DNA of 64,000 nucleotides, taken from the NCBI GenBank assembly GCA_963422375.2, contig OY729428.2:2272001-2336000 (forward strand), given 5' to 3'. The notes beneath the pieces were generated by a model that saw nothing but the letters and a program-made list of their open reading frames with translations, was not told the DNA's origin and did no database searches. The stretch is from Bryobacterales bacterium (GTDB lineage Bacteria; Acidobacteriota; Terriglobia; Bryobacterales; UBA6623). The translations under genes and the position numbers were made by a program. This document shows, piece after piece, positions 31,171 to 40,575 of the stretch (its first letter is position 1; each line of letters opens with the position of its first letter).

Positions 31171-33020
31171 GTGCTTTTGACAGAACGTCGAAGCCCTTAG
31201 TTCCCAAGCGTTTGCAGCAGATCCGTGGGACAAAGATCGGGTCGATCCGAGCCGGCTTGCGCATTTCCGGGGCATTGTGCGACAATCTTCGTTGAGGAAC
31301 CGCCCGTGAGGACAGTTCAGGAGATCCAGCTCACCCTTGGCCGGACTGCAATCGAGGATATCGATCCCGACGTCCGTTCCCGCGACGATATCCCGGCCAT
31401 CTTGCTAGGAATACAATCCATCTATCGCACCGAGGAGTTGCGGGACAGGGTTTTCGGACTGCTCGAGAGCCGTATCCTCGGCCTCGGCGAGAGTAGCGGG
31501 AACGGCGGGAACGGAAGCGATCCTTCCGCAGGCGAGTCCGGCAGGATCAACCCTGCCCTCGGTCGTCCCGGCATGCAGCTGTGGAACATTCTCGTCCCGG
31601 GCCTGCTCAAGCAGGGATTGAATTGCGACTGCGGCCGCGTGACGGAGCTGGCGAACAAGCACGCGGACGTCCGGCGCTTCCTCGGTCTGAACGCGACGCT
31701 CGACGAGCGGGTCTTCAGCTACCGGACAGTCAACCGGAATCCGAAGCTTCTCACGCCCGACCTCCTCGCGGAAATCAATCAGCTGGCCGTGCGGGAAGGG
31801 CACGCGCTGGCGGGGTGCGAGGAAGGCGATCCGCTGAAGGCGCGGTGCGACTCTTTCGCGGTGGAAACGAACGTGCATTGCCCGACGGACGTGAGTCTCC
31901 TATGGGACGCGTTGCGCTGCCTGGTTCGCTCTATTGCGCCGCTGTGCAAGCGGCGCGGCATCGCCGGCTGGCGGCAGAGCGCGCGGCTGCCGAAGACGCT
32001 GAAGCAGGAATTCAAGCGGGTGCGGCAGGCGAAGAGGAGGCAAGGCAACCCGGAGAGGGTGCGGTCGTACCTGGAGGCGGCCCTGGAGATAGCGCGGCGG
32101 GCGGAGGGTGCGCTGGCGGCCCTGGCGCGGGCCGGGGAAGACCAGGGAACCTTGCGAGCGGCAAGGAGTTACCTCGGGTGCGTGCAGCTCCTGGCGGACC
32201 CGGTGGAGCGGCGCGTGCTGCGGGGGGAGAAGATCCCGCACGAGGGGAAAGTGTTCTCGATCTTCGAGGAACACACGCGCTGGTGCGTGAAAGGAAAAGC
32301 GGGGGTTCGGGTGGAGCCGGGCGTTCCGGTATGGATCGTGGAAAGCGAGCACCGATTCGTGATGAATCACGAAGTGACGTGGAAGGGCAGCGACGCGGAC
32401 GTGGCGGCGGGAATCGTCGAGGGGGCGCAGGGGCTGTACGCGGGGCTGTCGGGCTGCAGCTTCGACAAGGGCTTGCACAGCCCGGCGAACCGGACGCGCT
32501 TGGCGGAACTGCTGTCGTGCCACGCGATGCCGCGGAAGGGGAGGCTGTCGAAGGCGGCGAAGGAGACGGAAGGCGCGCCCGAATTCGCGGCTGCGAGGCA
32601 GGCGCGCCCGGCCGTGGAGTCCGCGATCAGCAATCTCGAGTGCCGCGGTCCGGACGGGGTGACGGACCGGGGAGCGGAGGGATTCGAGCGGATGATCGGG
32701 CTGGCGGTCCTGGCGGCGAACGTGCATCGAGTGGGCCGGATCGGGCGCGACAGAGAGAGGGAGCGTCTCAAGACGGGACCCTTGCCGCTGGCTACATAGG
32801 CAGTCGGCAGCGATCTGGATTGCTCTGAATAGAAACCTTGAAGAGACAAGGTTCAGGAAAATTGTACCACTAGAAGAGAACTAACTGTATCCTCATAATG
32901 AGAATGGAATATGAGGCAATGAGTTCGGGTAATTGGCGCAGTCTGTTTCTTCCATGGCTATCGTTTGGTCGGGCTCCATCGGCTAGAATCCCCGAAATAT
33001 CAGGCTTTTGTCACAAGCAC
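31171..33020 (+). mobile_element. ISNCY/ISDol1-like insertion sequence, 1850 bp, 6-bp TSD TATATA
   Basis: TIRs GTGCTTTTGACAGAA and TTTTGTCACAAGCAC; TATATA at 31165-31170 and 33021-33026. Confidence 0.88.
31306..32799 (+). CDS. ISDol1-like (IS5-related) DDE transposase, degenerate
   Basis: SRDDIPAILLG, GRPGM, RCDSF-VETNVH-PTD, GEKIPHE-KVFSIFEEHT, SFDKG and AVESAI. Confidence 0.82.
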   Translation: MRTVQEIQLTLGRTAIEDIDPDVRSRDDIPAILLGIQSIYRTEELRDRVFGLLESRILGLGESSGNGGNGSDPSAGESGRINPALGRPGMQLWNILVPGLLKQGLNCDCGRVTELANKHADVRRFLGLNATLDERVFSYRTVNRNPKLLTPDLLAEINQLAVREGHALAGCEEGDPLKARCDSFAVETNVHCPTDVSLLWDALRCLVRSIAPLCKRRGIAGWRQSARLPKTLKQEFKRVRQAKRRQGNPERVRSYLEAALEIARRAEGALAALARAGEDQGTLRAARSYLGCVQLLADPVERRVLRGEKIPHEGKVFSIFEEHTRWCVKGKAGVRVEPGVPVWIVESEHRFVMNHEVTWKGSDADVAAGIVEGAQGLYAGLSGCSFDKGLHSPANRTRLAELLSCHAMPRKGRLSKAAKETEGAPEFAAARQARPAVESAISNLECRGPDGVTDRGAEGFERMIGLAVLAANVHRVGRIGRDRERERLKTGPLPLAT

Positions 33021-33149
33021 TATATAATTCCCCTTCGAAACCGCCCCTCAAGCGAGGGCACGGAAAGCAATATCGACCGTACGGGTTACCACGGCAGCTA
33101 GGACCGCTTCCAGTTCATCCGCGTCGGCAAGGGGGCCTCACCCGCGGCC

Positions 33150-33518
33150 CTAGCAGGCGGCCCCGGGCAGCGGCAGCGGGTTCCGCGCAAATACGTATTC
33201 CTTGACCGGCCTGCCGCCTTGGACATGCTCCACGAGGATTCTCTCCAGCACCTCGCCGCTAGCGGAGTGATACCACGTTCCGTCGGGATAGACAACAGCG
33301 ATCGGCCCCTTCTCGCAAACCCTCAGGCAGTTGACCTTGCTGCGGAAGACGCATCCGTCACCCCGTGCCAAGCCCAGTTCGTCGAGGCGGTCCTTGAGGG
33401 CAGTCCATGCCGGGATAGTGACATCCCTCGGCGCGCACTTGGGCTTGGTCTGGTCGGCGCACAGCAGGATGTGGCGCGTGTAGCTCCCTGTCGGGATGCG
33501 CAGCTCGCGCGCCATCAT
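33150..33518 (-). CDS. Thioredoxin-like (2Fe-2S) ferredoxin
   Basis: HILLCADQTKPKC...CLRVCEKGPIAVVYPDGTWY. Confidence 0.88.
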   Translation of the reverse strand: MMARELRIPTGSYTRHILLCADQTKPKCAPRDVTIPAWTALKDRLDELGLARGDGCVFRSKVNCLRVCEKGPIAVVYPDGTWYHSASGEVLERILVEHVQGGRPVKEYVFARNPLPLPGAAC

Positions 33519-34966
33519 CCCACTCCGACCAACCCGTGCATCGCCTTGGTCAGCCTCTCGACGTCGCTCGGCGCCCGACGGGCGAGATCATCGTTCTCGA
33601 AGGGATCCTCCTGAATGTCGTACAGCAGGGGCGCGGTTCCGGCATCCCCCGCCGGATAAGCCGGTAGGTTCGACCCGCCGACGGCCTTGCCGCCGGCATG
33701 CCCCCGGATCAGCTTGAGGCGGCCATCGGTCACGCACCGCCACGGGTTGAGCCCGCTCAGCAGGAACTCGCGATGCGAATCGCTCGAGCCGTCCAATACC
33801 GGCCGCAGCGAACGGCTGTCCATCCCCTGCGGAACGGCCGCGCCGGCGAAGTCGACGAAGGTCGCCGCGAGGTCCATCAGGCTGACCAGCGCGGGTGTGG
33901 ATGCGCCGCGGCGCACGCCTGGACCGGCGATGACCAACGGGACGCCCACCGAGGCTTGCTGGGGGAGCCGCTTCATCCACAGGCCGTGGTCCCCAAGCAT
34001 CTCGCCGTGATCGCTTGAGAATACGACCAAGGTATTGTCGATCTCGCCGCGCTCCTCGACGGCGGCGAGCAGCCGTCCCATCCACGTATCGATGTTCTCG
34101 ATCATGGCGGCGTAGTTGCGGCGGATCTCGACGTGCTTCTGCAGAGTGAACTCGGAATTGCGGTTGGGCTGCGGGAAGTCGACGTCCGCGTAGAGGCCGC
34201 TCATCCGCTTGGTCACGTCCACGGGCTCGTGCGGACCGGCGAAATTGACGACTAGGTGCCATGGCTTCCCGACCGGGGCCTCCTGCAGCAAACGCAAGCC
34301 TTGGGCCGCAATCCAGTTGTCGCAGTAGGACTCTTCGGGCAACGGCGTCGGGAAGGTCGCCGCGAAGGCTCCCTCGACCCGCCGCCTCTCGAAGTCGTCG
34401 CGGTGGATTCCGACCCTACCGCTCTCATGCAGGTGCGCCGTGAACGGATCGCAAGGCTTTTCCATGCCCCAGCGGATCGCGTCCCACTTGCCTGCGCTGT
34501 CGATTCCGGCCGAGAAGCCCCACTCCGGCAGCAGGTGCTGCCCCTCGACGCCCCACGTCGCTTCCGGCTTGTGGAGATCGAACTTCCCGCAGCCCATCAC
34601 GTGATAGCCGGCGTCGCGCAGCACGGAATAGTACGTCGTCTGGTCGAGGGGGTAGTTCCGCCCGTTGTCGAGGACACCGCAGCGGTCGTACTCCATGCCC
34701 CCCGCCAAGCACGCCCTTGACGGCGCGCACAGCGGGGACGGGCAATAGCAGTTCTCGAATTGCACGCCGCGCGCGGCCAGCGCATGAAGATGAGGTGTCC
34801 TCACGGGGATCGACGGATCGAAGCCCGCCCAGTCAGGCCTCAGCTGGTCGGGCATGACCAAGAGCACGTTGGGCGGTCCTTGATCGGACGGAGAATCCCC
34901 CCGACCGCACGCCGTGGCGGCTGCAACGGAACCCGCGAGGAATTCCCGCCGGGAGACGACTGGCAT
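33515..34966 (-). CDS. Tat-exported sulfatase (S1, Cys-type)
   Basis: SRREFL signal, PNVLLVMPDQ, CAPSR, GKFDL and SDHGEMLG. Confidence 0.9.
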   Translation of the reverse strand: MPVVSRREFLAGSVAAATACGRGDSPSDQGPPNVLLVMPDQLRPDWAGFDPSIPVRTPHLHALAARGVQFENCYCPSPLCAPSRACLAGGMEYDRCGVLDNGRNYPLDQTTYYSVLRDAGYHVMGCGKFDLHKPEATWGVEGQHLLPEWGFSAGIDSAGKWDAIRWGMEKPCDPFTAHLHESGRVGIHRDDFERRRVEGAFAATFPTPLPEESYCDNWIAAQGLRLLQEAPVGKPWHLVVNFAGPHEPVDVTKRMSGLYADVDFPQPNRNSEFTLQKHVEIRRNYAAMIENIDTWMGRLLAAVEERGEIDNTLVVFSSDHGEMLGDHGLWMKRLPQQASVGVPLVIAGPGVRRGASTPALVSLMDLAATFVDFAGAAVPQGMDSRSLRPVLDGSSDSHREFLLSGLNPWRCVTDGRLKLIRGHAGGKAVGGSNLPAYPAGDAGTAPLLYDIQEDPFENDDLARRAPSDVERLTKAMHGLVGVG

Positions 34967-35046
34967 CGCCTACGAGTGTACCCGCAGCGCCACGGGCACG
35001 GCGGGCGGGACCTGCCCGCGACGGGCGATCTCTAGAATGGACGGGC

Positions 35047-36471
35047 ATGCGGTTCGGACTGACCCTGATTCTCGCTTTCGCGACGGCGCTGCCGTTGTGC
35101 GCCGTCCCGGACAAGCCCAACGTCCTCTTCATCGCAGTGGACGACCTCAACGACTGGGTAGGCTGCCTCGGCGGGCACCCCCAGGCGAAGACGCCGAACA
35201 TCGATGCACTGGCCCGGTCCGGGGTGCTGTTCGCCAACGCGCATTGCGCGGCCCCCCTCTGCAACCCGTCGCGGACGGCCCTGCTGTTCGGCAAGCGGCC
35301 GACCACCACCGGCGTGGTCGGAAACAACGACGACTGGCGCACCTTCCCCTCGCTGAAGGGATCGGAATCGCTGCCCCAGCTCTTCCGCCGCAACGGCTAT
35401 TTCACGGCCGCCGCCGGAAAGATCTTCCACGCCAACCACGGCGGCTGGCGCGGGGCGCTCAACCGCGAGGAGGGGGCTCCATACGCCGGACGCAGCGGAT
35501 TCGGCCAGCCGGAGGCCTGGGACGAGCGGTTCCCCGCCAAGACGATTCAGTTGCCCTTGGCGCCCGTGCTGATCGACACTCACCGAAACGGCATCGACCA
35601 TCACTGGGACTGGGGACCGCTCGATTTCAAGGCGGACCTCACGGAGGACGGGCAGACGTCCCGCTGGGCGGTGCGCCAGCTCCGGGAAGAGCATGCTAAG
35701 CCGTTCTTCCTAGCGGTCGGGATCTACCGGCCCCACGACCCCCAGTACGCTCCCAGCGAGTACTTTGACGAGCATCCCCTCGGCAGCGTCGAGCTGCCGA
35801 GGGTCCTGCCGAAGGACCTCGACGACATCCCCGCGATCGCCAAGCGCTACACGCTCGCCGCCAACAACTACGAGACCATGATCCGCAAGCACAACGCCTT
35901 GCGGTCGGCGACCAGGGGCTATCTTGCGGCAGTGACGTTCGCTGACGCCATGGTCGGGCGCGTGCTTCGCGCTCTGGCGGCCAGCCCGTACGCCGACAAC
36001 ACGATCATCGTGCTGTTTTCCGACCACGGGTACCACATCGGCGAGAAGCAGAAATACCACAAGAGCACCCTCTGGGAGGAATCGACGCGCGTTCCCCTGA
36101 TCTTCTCCGTCCCCGGCGTGACCGCGACGGGAAGCACGTCACGACGCGCCGTGAGCCTGATCGACGTGTATCCGACATTGGCCCAGCTGGCAGGGCTGGA
36201 AGCGCCGGCGGACTTGGACGGCGAGAGCCTGGTCCCCCTGCTCAGGGACCCGGGCGCGTCGCGCGACAGTCCCGCGGTGACCACGAGGCAGGGCCGGCAC
36301 CATGCCGTGAGAACGGATCGCTGGAGGTACATCCGATACGGAGACGGCAGCGAAGAGCTGTACGACCACGACGCGGACGCGACCGAGTGGACCAACCTCG
36401 CAGGCGACCCGCGCCACGCAGAAACGAAGCGCAGACTCGGCGCGCTCCTAGACCGGACCTTGGTCCCGTAG
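35047..36471 (+). CDS. Sulfatase (iduronate/choline sulfatase-like, Cys-type)
   Basis: Signal peptide, PNVLFIAVDDL, CNPSR, GKIFH, RPH and SDHGYH. Confidence 0.92.
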   Translation: MRFGLTLILAFATALPLCAVPDKPNVLFIAVDDLNDWVGCLGGHPQAKTPNIDALARSGVLFANAHCAAPLCNPSRTALLFGKRPTTTGVVGNNDDWRTFPSLKGSESLPQLFRRNGYFTAAAGKIFHANHGGWRGALNREEGAPYAGRSGFGQPEAWDERFPAKTIQLPLAPVLIDTHRNGIDHHWDWGPLDFKADLTEDGQTSRWAVRQLREEHAKPFFLAVGIYRPHDPQYAPSEYFDEHPLGSVELPRVLPKDLDDIPAIAKRYTLAANNYETMIRKHNALRSATRGYLAAVTFADAMVGRVLRALAASPYADNTIIVLFSDHGYHIGEKQKYHKSTLWEESTRVPLIFSVPGVTATGSTSRRAVSLIDVYPTLAQLAGLEAPADLDGESLVPLLRDPGASRDSPAVTTRQGRHHAVRTDRWRYIRYGDGSEELYDHDADATEWTNLAGDPRHAETKRRLGALLDRTLVP

Positions 36472-36480
36472 CAGCTGCGG

Positions 36481-36804
36481 TCAAGTGCCGCCGTAGTCCG
36501 GCGGATCCGCCGTACGGTAGGGATTCTCCGCTTCGCGCTGCTTGCGAGCCATCCTTGCCACCAGCGCCACGACCAGCAGGATTCCGATCACGACGACAAT
36601 GTCCTCGACGCCGCGGAAGGCTAGGTAGAGACTCCCGAGGAGCGAGGCTAGGAGAAACACTGCCACCGCCCGGACCACGAGCTGCCGAAACGTGGTGCGC
36701 GTTTCGGACGGATGCCAATCCTCGACGTGCTCGGCGAGTTCCTCAGGATCGTCCGCAACGCTGCCCGACAGGGCAAGTCTGTCGGCCGAGCCAGATTCGT
36801 GCAA
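36481..36804 (-). CDS. Small membrane protein (two TM helices)
   Basis: Two hydrophobic stretches; directly downstream of msrP. Confidence 0.5.
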   Translation of the reverse strand: MHESGSADRLALSGSVADDPEELAEHVEDWHPSETRTTFRQLVVRAVAVFLLASLLGSLYLAFRGVEDIVVVIGILLVVALVARMARKQREAENPYRTADPPDYGGT

Positions 36805-36825
36805 GGCGCTAGCGTCCGCCCCCAG

Positions 36826-37767
36826 TCAGTACTCGTCCCCGGTGTAGAGCTCCGAGACAAACGACTCGTACCCGTTGTACATCAGGGTCGGCCTGAACTC
36901 GCCGGTCTCGACGATCCGCTCGCGGGCCTGGGACCAGCGCGGATGGGGCTTGTTCGGATTCACGTTGGAGTACCAGCCGTACTCGGTGGGCACCGCCTTG
37001 TTCCACAGCGTGGGCGGACGCCTGCTCGTGAACTCGATCGCGACGATCGACTTGATGTTCTTCAAGCCGTACTTCCACGGGATGACGGCCCGGATGGGCG
37101 CGCCGTTCTGCTTCGGTAGCGGCTTGCCGTAGAGCCCGGTGCCGAAAAGCGCCAGTTCGTTGCCAGCCTCCTCGAGCGTCATGGCTTCCTCGTAGGGCCA
37201 GTCGTAGTGCGGCTGCGAGACGATTCCGGGCATCTCCTTGGGGCGGTAGGCCGTGACCATGCGAATGTACTTCGCCGCCGGCTTCGGGTCCGCCTCCTTG
37301 ATGAGCGCCGACATGGTGAAGCCCGTCCAAGGCACCGCCATCGACCAGGCCTCCACGCAACGGAAGCGATACAGGCGCTCCTCCAGCGGAAACCGTCGGA
37401 TCAAGTCGTCGATATCGTACTTCTTCGGGTTGTTGACCAAGCCCGACACCTTGACCGTCCACGGATCGATCGAGAAGCGATCAACCCTGAAGCGGACCTG
37501 CTGCTTGTCGAGGGTGAACTCGTAGAAGTTGTTGAAGCCGGTGGCGACGGTCTCGGCGGTCAGCGGGCGGTCGAGGGTGTACTTGGAATTCCGTCGCGCC
37601 GGATACAGCGGTCGGGTGTCGGTGGCGGCGGGCGCGGCTTGCGCCAGCGCTCCTCCGAGGCCCGCGCAGCCGAAGGCCCGAAGGATCTCGCGCCTGTTGC
37701 GAAACCGGCTCTCCGGCAGCGCCTCGCGCTCCGGGATCTCCCATCCTCGCGGGACCTTGACAAGCAT
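36826..37767 (-). CDS. msrP: Protein-methionine-sulfoxide reductase catalytic subunit MsrP (YedY)
   Basis: Tat-like RNRREIL, NNFYEF, ERLYRFRCVEAWSM, QNGAPIR, PWKYG and HPRWSQA. Confidence 0.93.
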   Translation of the reverse strand: MLVKVPRGWEIPEREALPESRFRNRREILRAFGCAGLGGALAQAAPAATDTRPLYPARRNSKYTLDRPLTAETVATGFNNFYEFTLDKQQVRFRVDRFSIDPWTVKVSGLVNNPKKYDIDDLIRRFPLEERLYRFRCVEAWSMAVPWTGFTMSALIKEADPKPAAKYIRMVTAYRPKEMPGIVSQPHYDWPYEEAMTLEEAGNELALFGTGLYGKPLPKQNGAPIRAVIPWKYGLKNIKSIVAIEFTSRRPPTLWNKAVPTEYGWYSNVNPNKPHPRWSQARERIVETGEFRPTLMYNGYESFVSELYTGDEY

Positions 37768-38081
37768 CGCTTCCTCCATCGGCCAAGCCGACGCTCGGCG
37801 ACGCGGAGCGGCTTCCGGCAGGCCTGATTCAACGTAGCACAGCCGCGCCCCGCCAAGGCGGGAAAAGGCACCAGCGCGGCACGCCAGCAGCCTAGGGCAT
37901 GGACCGCCGCCCGCGCCAAGACCGATCAGGCCGGGCTTCGCCGACACGGAGTGCTCCTACGCCTAGCCCAGACCCGTTCGCATACAATTGCCATCGGGAT
38001 TGCGAGCGTCGGCATCATCGGCAGAATGTGCTGCCCGTCAAGCGCTTTCCACCGCGGGACGCAACTGGAGGAGCTACAGCC

Positions 38082-38144
38082 ATGCAGTGCCTGATCGTCA
38101 TTCTCTTGATCGTCATCATCGCCATGCTCGCCGGCGCGTGCTGA
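38082..38144 (+). CDS. 20-aa hydrophobic peptide MQCLIVILLIVIIAMLAGAC (Ibs-like)
   Basis: GGAGGAG RBS at 38067-38073, 8 nt before the ATG; TACAAT -10 box at 37983-37988; single TM composition. Confidence 0.55.
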   Translation: MQCLIVILLIVIIAMLAGAC

Positions 38145-38256
38145 CAGGGCCCCTGAATCGCAGCCGAATGCCGAATGGACGGTTGATTCCGCAAGCCTTC
38201 TCGACCGCCCATCCGAACGACCGCAAGCATCCGACTAGTCGTCACGGGAACGAGCC

Positions 38257-40575
38257 ATGCGACCCGAGCTGACGTACTTCGCGCGGTCACTGGCATGCAT
38301 CGCCCTCGCTGCGCCTGCCAGCGCAGGCGACTCCTTTGCGATCGCCGCGCGACGCGTCCTAGACACGCACTGCATTGCGTGCCACGGCAGCGCCCGGATT
38401 TCGGGCCTTGATCTGCGGACCTCCGAGGGCGCGGCTGCCGGCGGCACGCGAGGCCCCGCGATCATTCCCGGGGACCCCGCATCAAGCCTGCTGCTGCGCG
38501 CTGTTGCCGGCGAGGGGCAGCTCAGAATGCCGCCGAGCGGAGACGGGCTCTCGGACACGGACATCGAAACGCTCGGGCAGTGGATCGAGACCGGCGCGCA
38601 AGGGGCGAATCCGGAAGGAGATCCGGACCGGCCGCTATGGTGGTCCTTCAACAAGCCGGAGCGCCCGCCCGTCCCCAACACCGGAGCCGATCCGTGGGTG
38701 CGAAACACCGTCGACGCCTTCGTCCTAGCAAAGCTTCAGGAGCAGGGACTCGAGCCGGCCCGGCCAGCCAGCCCCAGAGCTCTCGTGCGACGGGCGTACT
38801 TCGACCTGCACGGCCTGCCGCCCCCGCCTGCCGACGTCGACCGATTCCTCGAGGACGATTCCGACAGTGCTTACGAGGCGCTGATTGACCGCCTCCTCGA
38901 GTCCGAGCGCTACGGGGAGCGGTGGGGGCGCTACTGGCTGGATCTTGTCCGCTACGCCGACACGTCGGGGTTCGAGACGGACCATTTCTACACCACTGCG
39001 TGGCGCTACCGGGACTACGTGATCGACTCCTTCAACCGCGACAAGCCCTACACGACCTTCGTACGAGAGCAGATTGCGGCCGACGAGCTGTGGCCGAATG
39101 ACATGGACCTCGAAGGCACCCTGACGCTGCCCGAAGAGAAGCGGGAGAACGCGTACAGGCGGATCGGTACCAGCCTTTTCACCCTCGGGGCGTTCCCGAT
39201 CGAGTACACGTACTACGGCGACCTCTACCGCGCCGAATGGCGCGCCGAAGCCATCGACCTTGTCGGCTCGGCCTTTCTCGGCCTGACTCTGGAATGCGCG
39301 CGCTGCCACGACCACAAGTCCGACCCCATCAGCCAGAGGGACTACTACCGCCTGACGGCATTCTTCGCAGGCAGCGTGGAACGCGAAATCCCTCTCGTCA
39401 GCCTGTTCGACGTGCAGACCAGCACGCGCAGGTTCCCCCTCTTGGAACATGCCCGCGCGCTGAAGAGGCTGGCCAAGCAGGCATCCAAGAAACTAGGCGC
39501 CGAGGAGCGGCGCAAGCTGCTCGAACGCCTGGGCGAGGCCTACCTGAATGCGCCCGAACCGTACCCCTCGGCCAAAGTGCTGGCGCACGAGGAGCGGGTC
39601 CCGCCGACGTATGTGCTAGCGCACGGCGACTTCCGGCGCGCAGGCGAGCGCGTGGAGCCGGGCTTCCCGGCCGCCCTCCAGGTCGGCCCCGAGATCGACG
39701 TGCCCGACACGGAGCGATTCGCACTTCGCAGGCGGGCCGCGCTCGCGGAGTGGCTCACATCCGAGGAGCAGCCCCTGCTTGGACGCGTGATGGTCAACCG
39801 CATCTGGCAGCACCATTTCGGGCGCGGCCTCGTGCGTACGCCCAGCGACTTCGGACGCCAAGGCGATCCTCCTACCCACCCGGAACTCCTCGACTGGCTT
39901 GCAGCCGAATTCGCGGAGCGAGGCTGGAGCATCAAGGATATGCATCGCCTGATCATGCTGTCCGCCGCCTACCGCTCTTCAAGCATCGCGCCAAGCCAAG
40001 CCCTGGAGATGGATCCGGACAACCGCTTCCTCGCGCGGATGAACCGGCACCGTCTGGACGCCGACGCGCTCCGCGATTCCATACTTGCCGTCTCGGGCAG
40101 GCTGAACCTCAAGATGGGGGGCGTCGGCGTGATCCCGCCTCTCGTCAAGGAGGAGATTCTTGCCGCCCGCATGCCCTACCTCTGGCCGGCCAACCCGGAC
40201 CCAGCGGAGCATTACCGCCGCAGCGTCTACCTACAGGCCAAGCGGTCGATGGCCGTGCCAATGCTGCAGGTCTTCGACGCACCGGACACCGCGCGGAGCT
40301 GCGCCCGGCGCGAGACCTCAACCGTGGCCCCGCAGGCGCTGGCACTGATGAACAGCGGCTTCGCTCTCGAGCAAGCCGACGCGTTCGCCACGCGCCTGCG
40401 CGACGAGACCGATGGCACACCGGAGGCGCTCGTCGAGACCGGCTGGAAGCTCGCTTTGGGGCGTCCGCCCATTCCAGAGGAGAGGTCAGCGGCTCTCGGA
40501 TACCTCGAGCGGAATTCCCTGCCCCAGTTCTGCCTGATGCTGTTCAATACGAATGAGTTCGTGTATGTGGACTGA
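38257..40575 (+). CDS. Planctomycete cytochrome c / DUF1549 (PSD1) / DUF1553 protein
   Basis: CIACH, RRAYFDLHGLPP, YGERWGRYWLDLVRYAD, CARCHDHK, NRIWQHHFGRG and PTHPELLDWLA. Confidence 0.92.
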   Translation: MRPELTYFARSLACIALAAPASAGDSFAIAARRVLDTHCIACHGSARISGLDLRTSEGAAAGGTRGPAIIPGDPASSLLLRAVAGEGQLRMPPSGDGLSDTDIETLGQWIETGAQGANPEGDPDRPLWWSFNKPERPPVPNTGADPWVRNTVDAFVLAKLQEQGLEPARPASPRALVRRAYFDLHGLPPPPADVDRFLEDDSDSAYEALIDRLLESERYGERWGRYWLDLVRYADTSGFETDHFYTTAWRYRDYVIDSFNRDKPYTTFVREQIAADELWPNDMDLEGTLTLPEEKRENAYRRIGTSLFTLGAFPIEYTYYGDLYRAEWRAEAIDLVGSAFLGLTLECARCHDHKSDPISQRDYYRLTAFFAGSVEREIPLVSLFDVQTSTRRFPLLEHARALKRLAKQASKKLGAEERRKLLERLGEAYLNAPEPYPSAKVLAHEERVPPTYVLAHGDFRRAGERVEPGFPAALQVGPEIDVPDTERFALRRRAALAEWLTSEEQPLLGRVMVNRIWQHHFGRGLVRTPSDFGRQGDPPTHPELLDWLAAEFAERGWSIKDMHRLIMLSAAYRSSSIAPSQALEMDPDNRFLARMNRHRLDADALRDSILAVSGRLNLKMGGVGVIPPLVKEEILAARMPYLWPANPDPAEHYRRSVYLQAKRSMAVPMLQVFDAPDTARSCARRETSTVAPQALALMNSGFALEQADAFATRLRDETDGTPEALVETGWKLALGRPPIPEERSAALGYLERNSLPQFCLMLFNTNEFVYVD

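Larger units (their letters stand above)
29774..33032 (-). mobile_element. IS1595-family copy D; left TIR interrupted by an ISDol1-like element
   Basis: Right TIR at 29774; left TIR split at 31170/33021 (CAGATATATA ... TATATAATTCCC). Confidence 0.88.
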
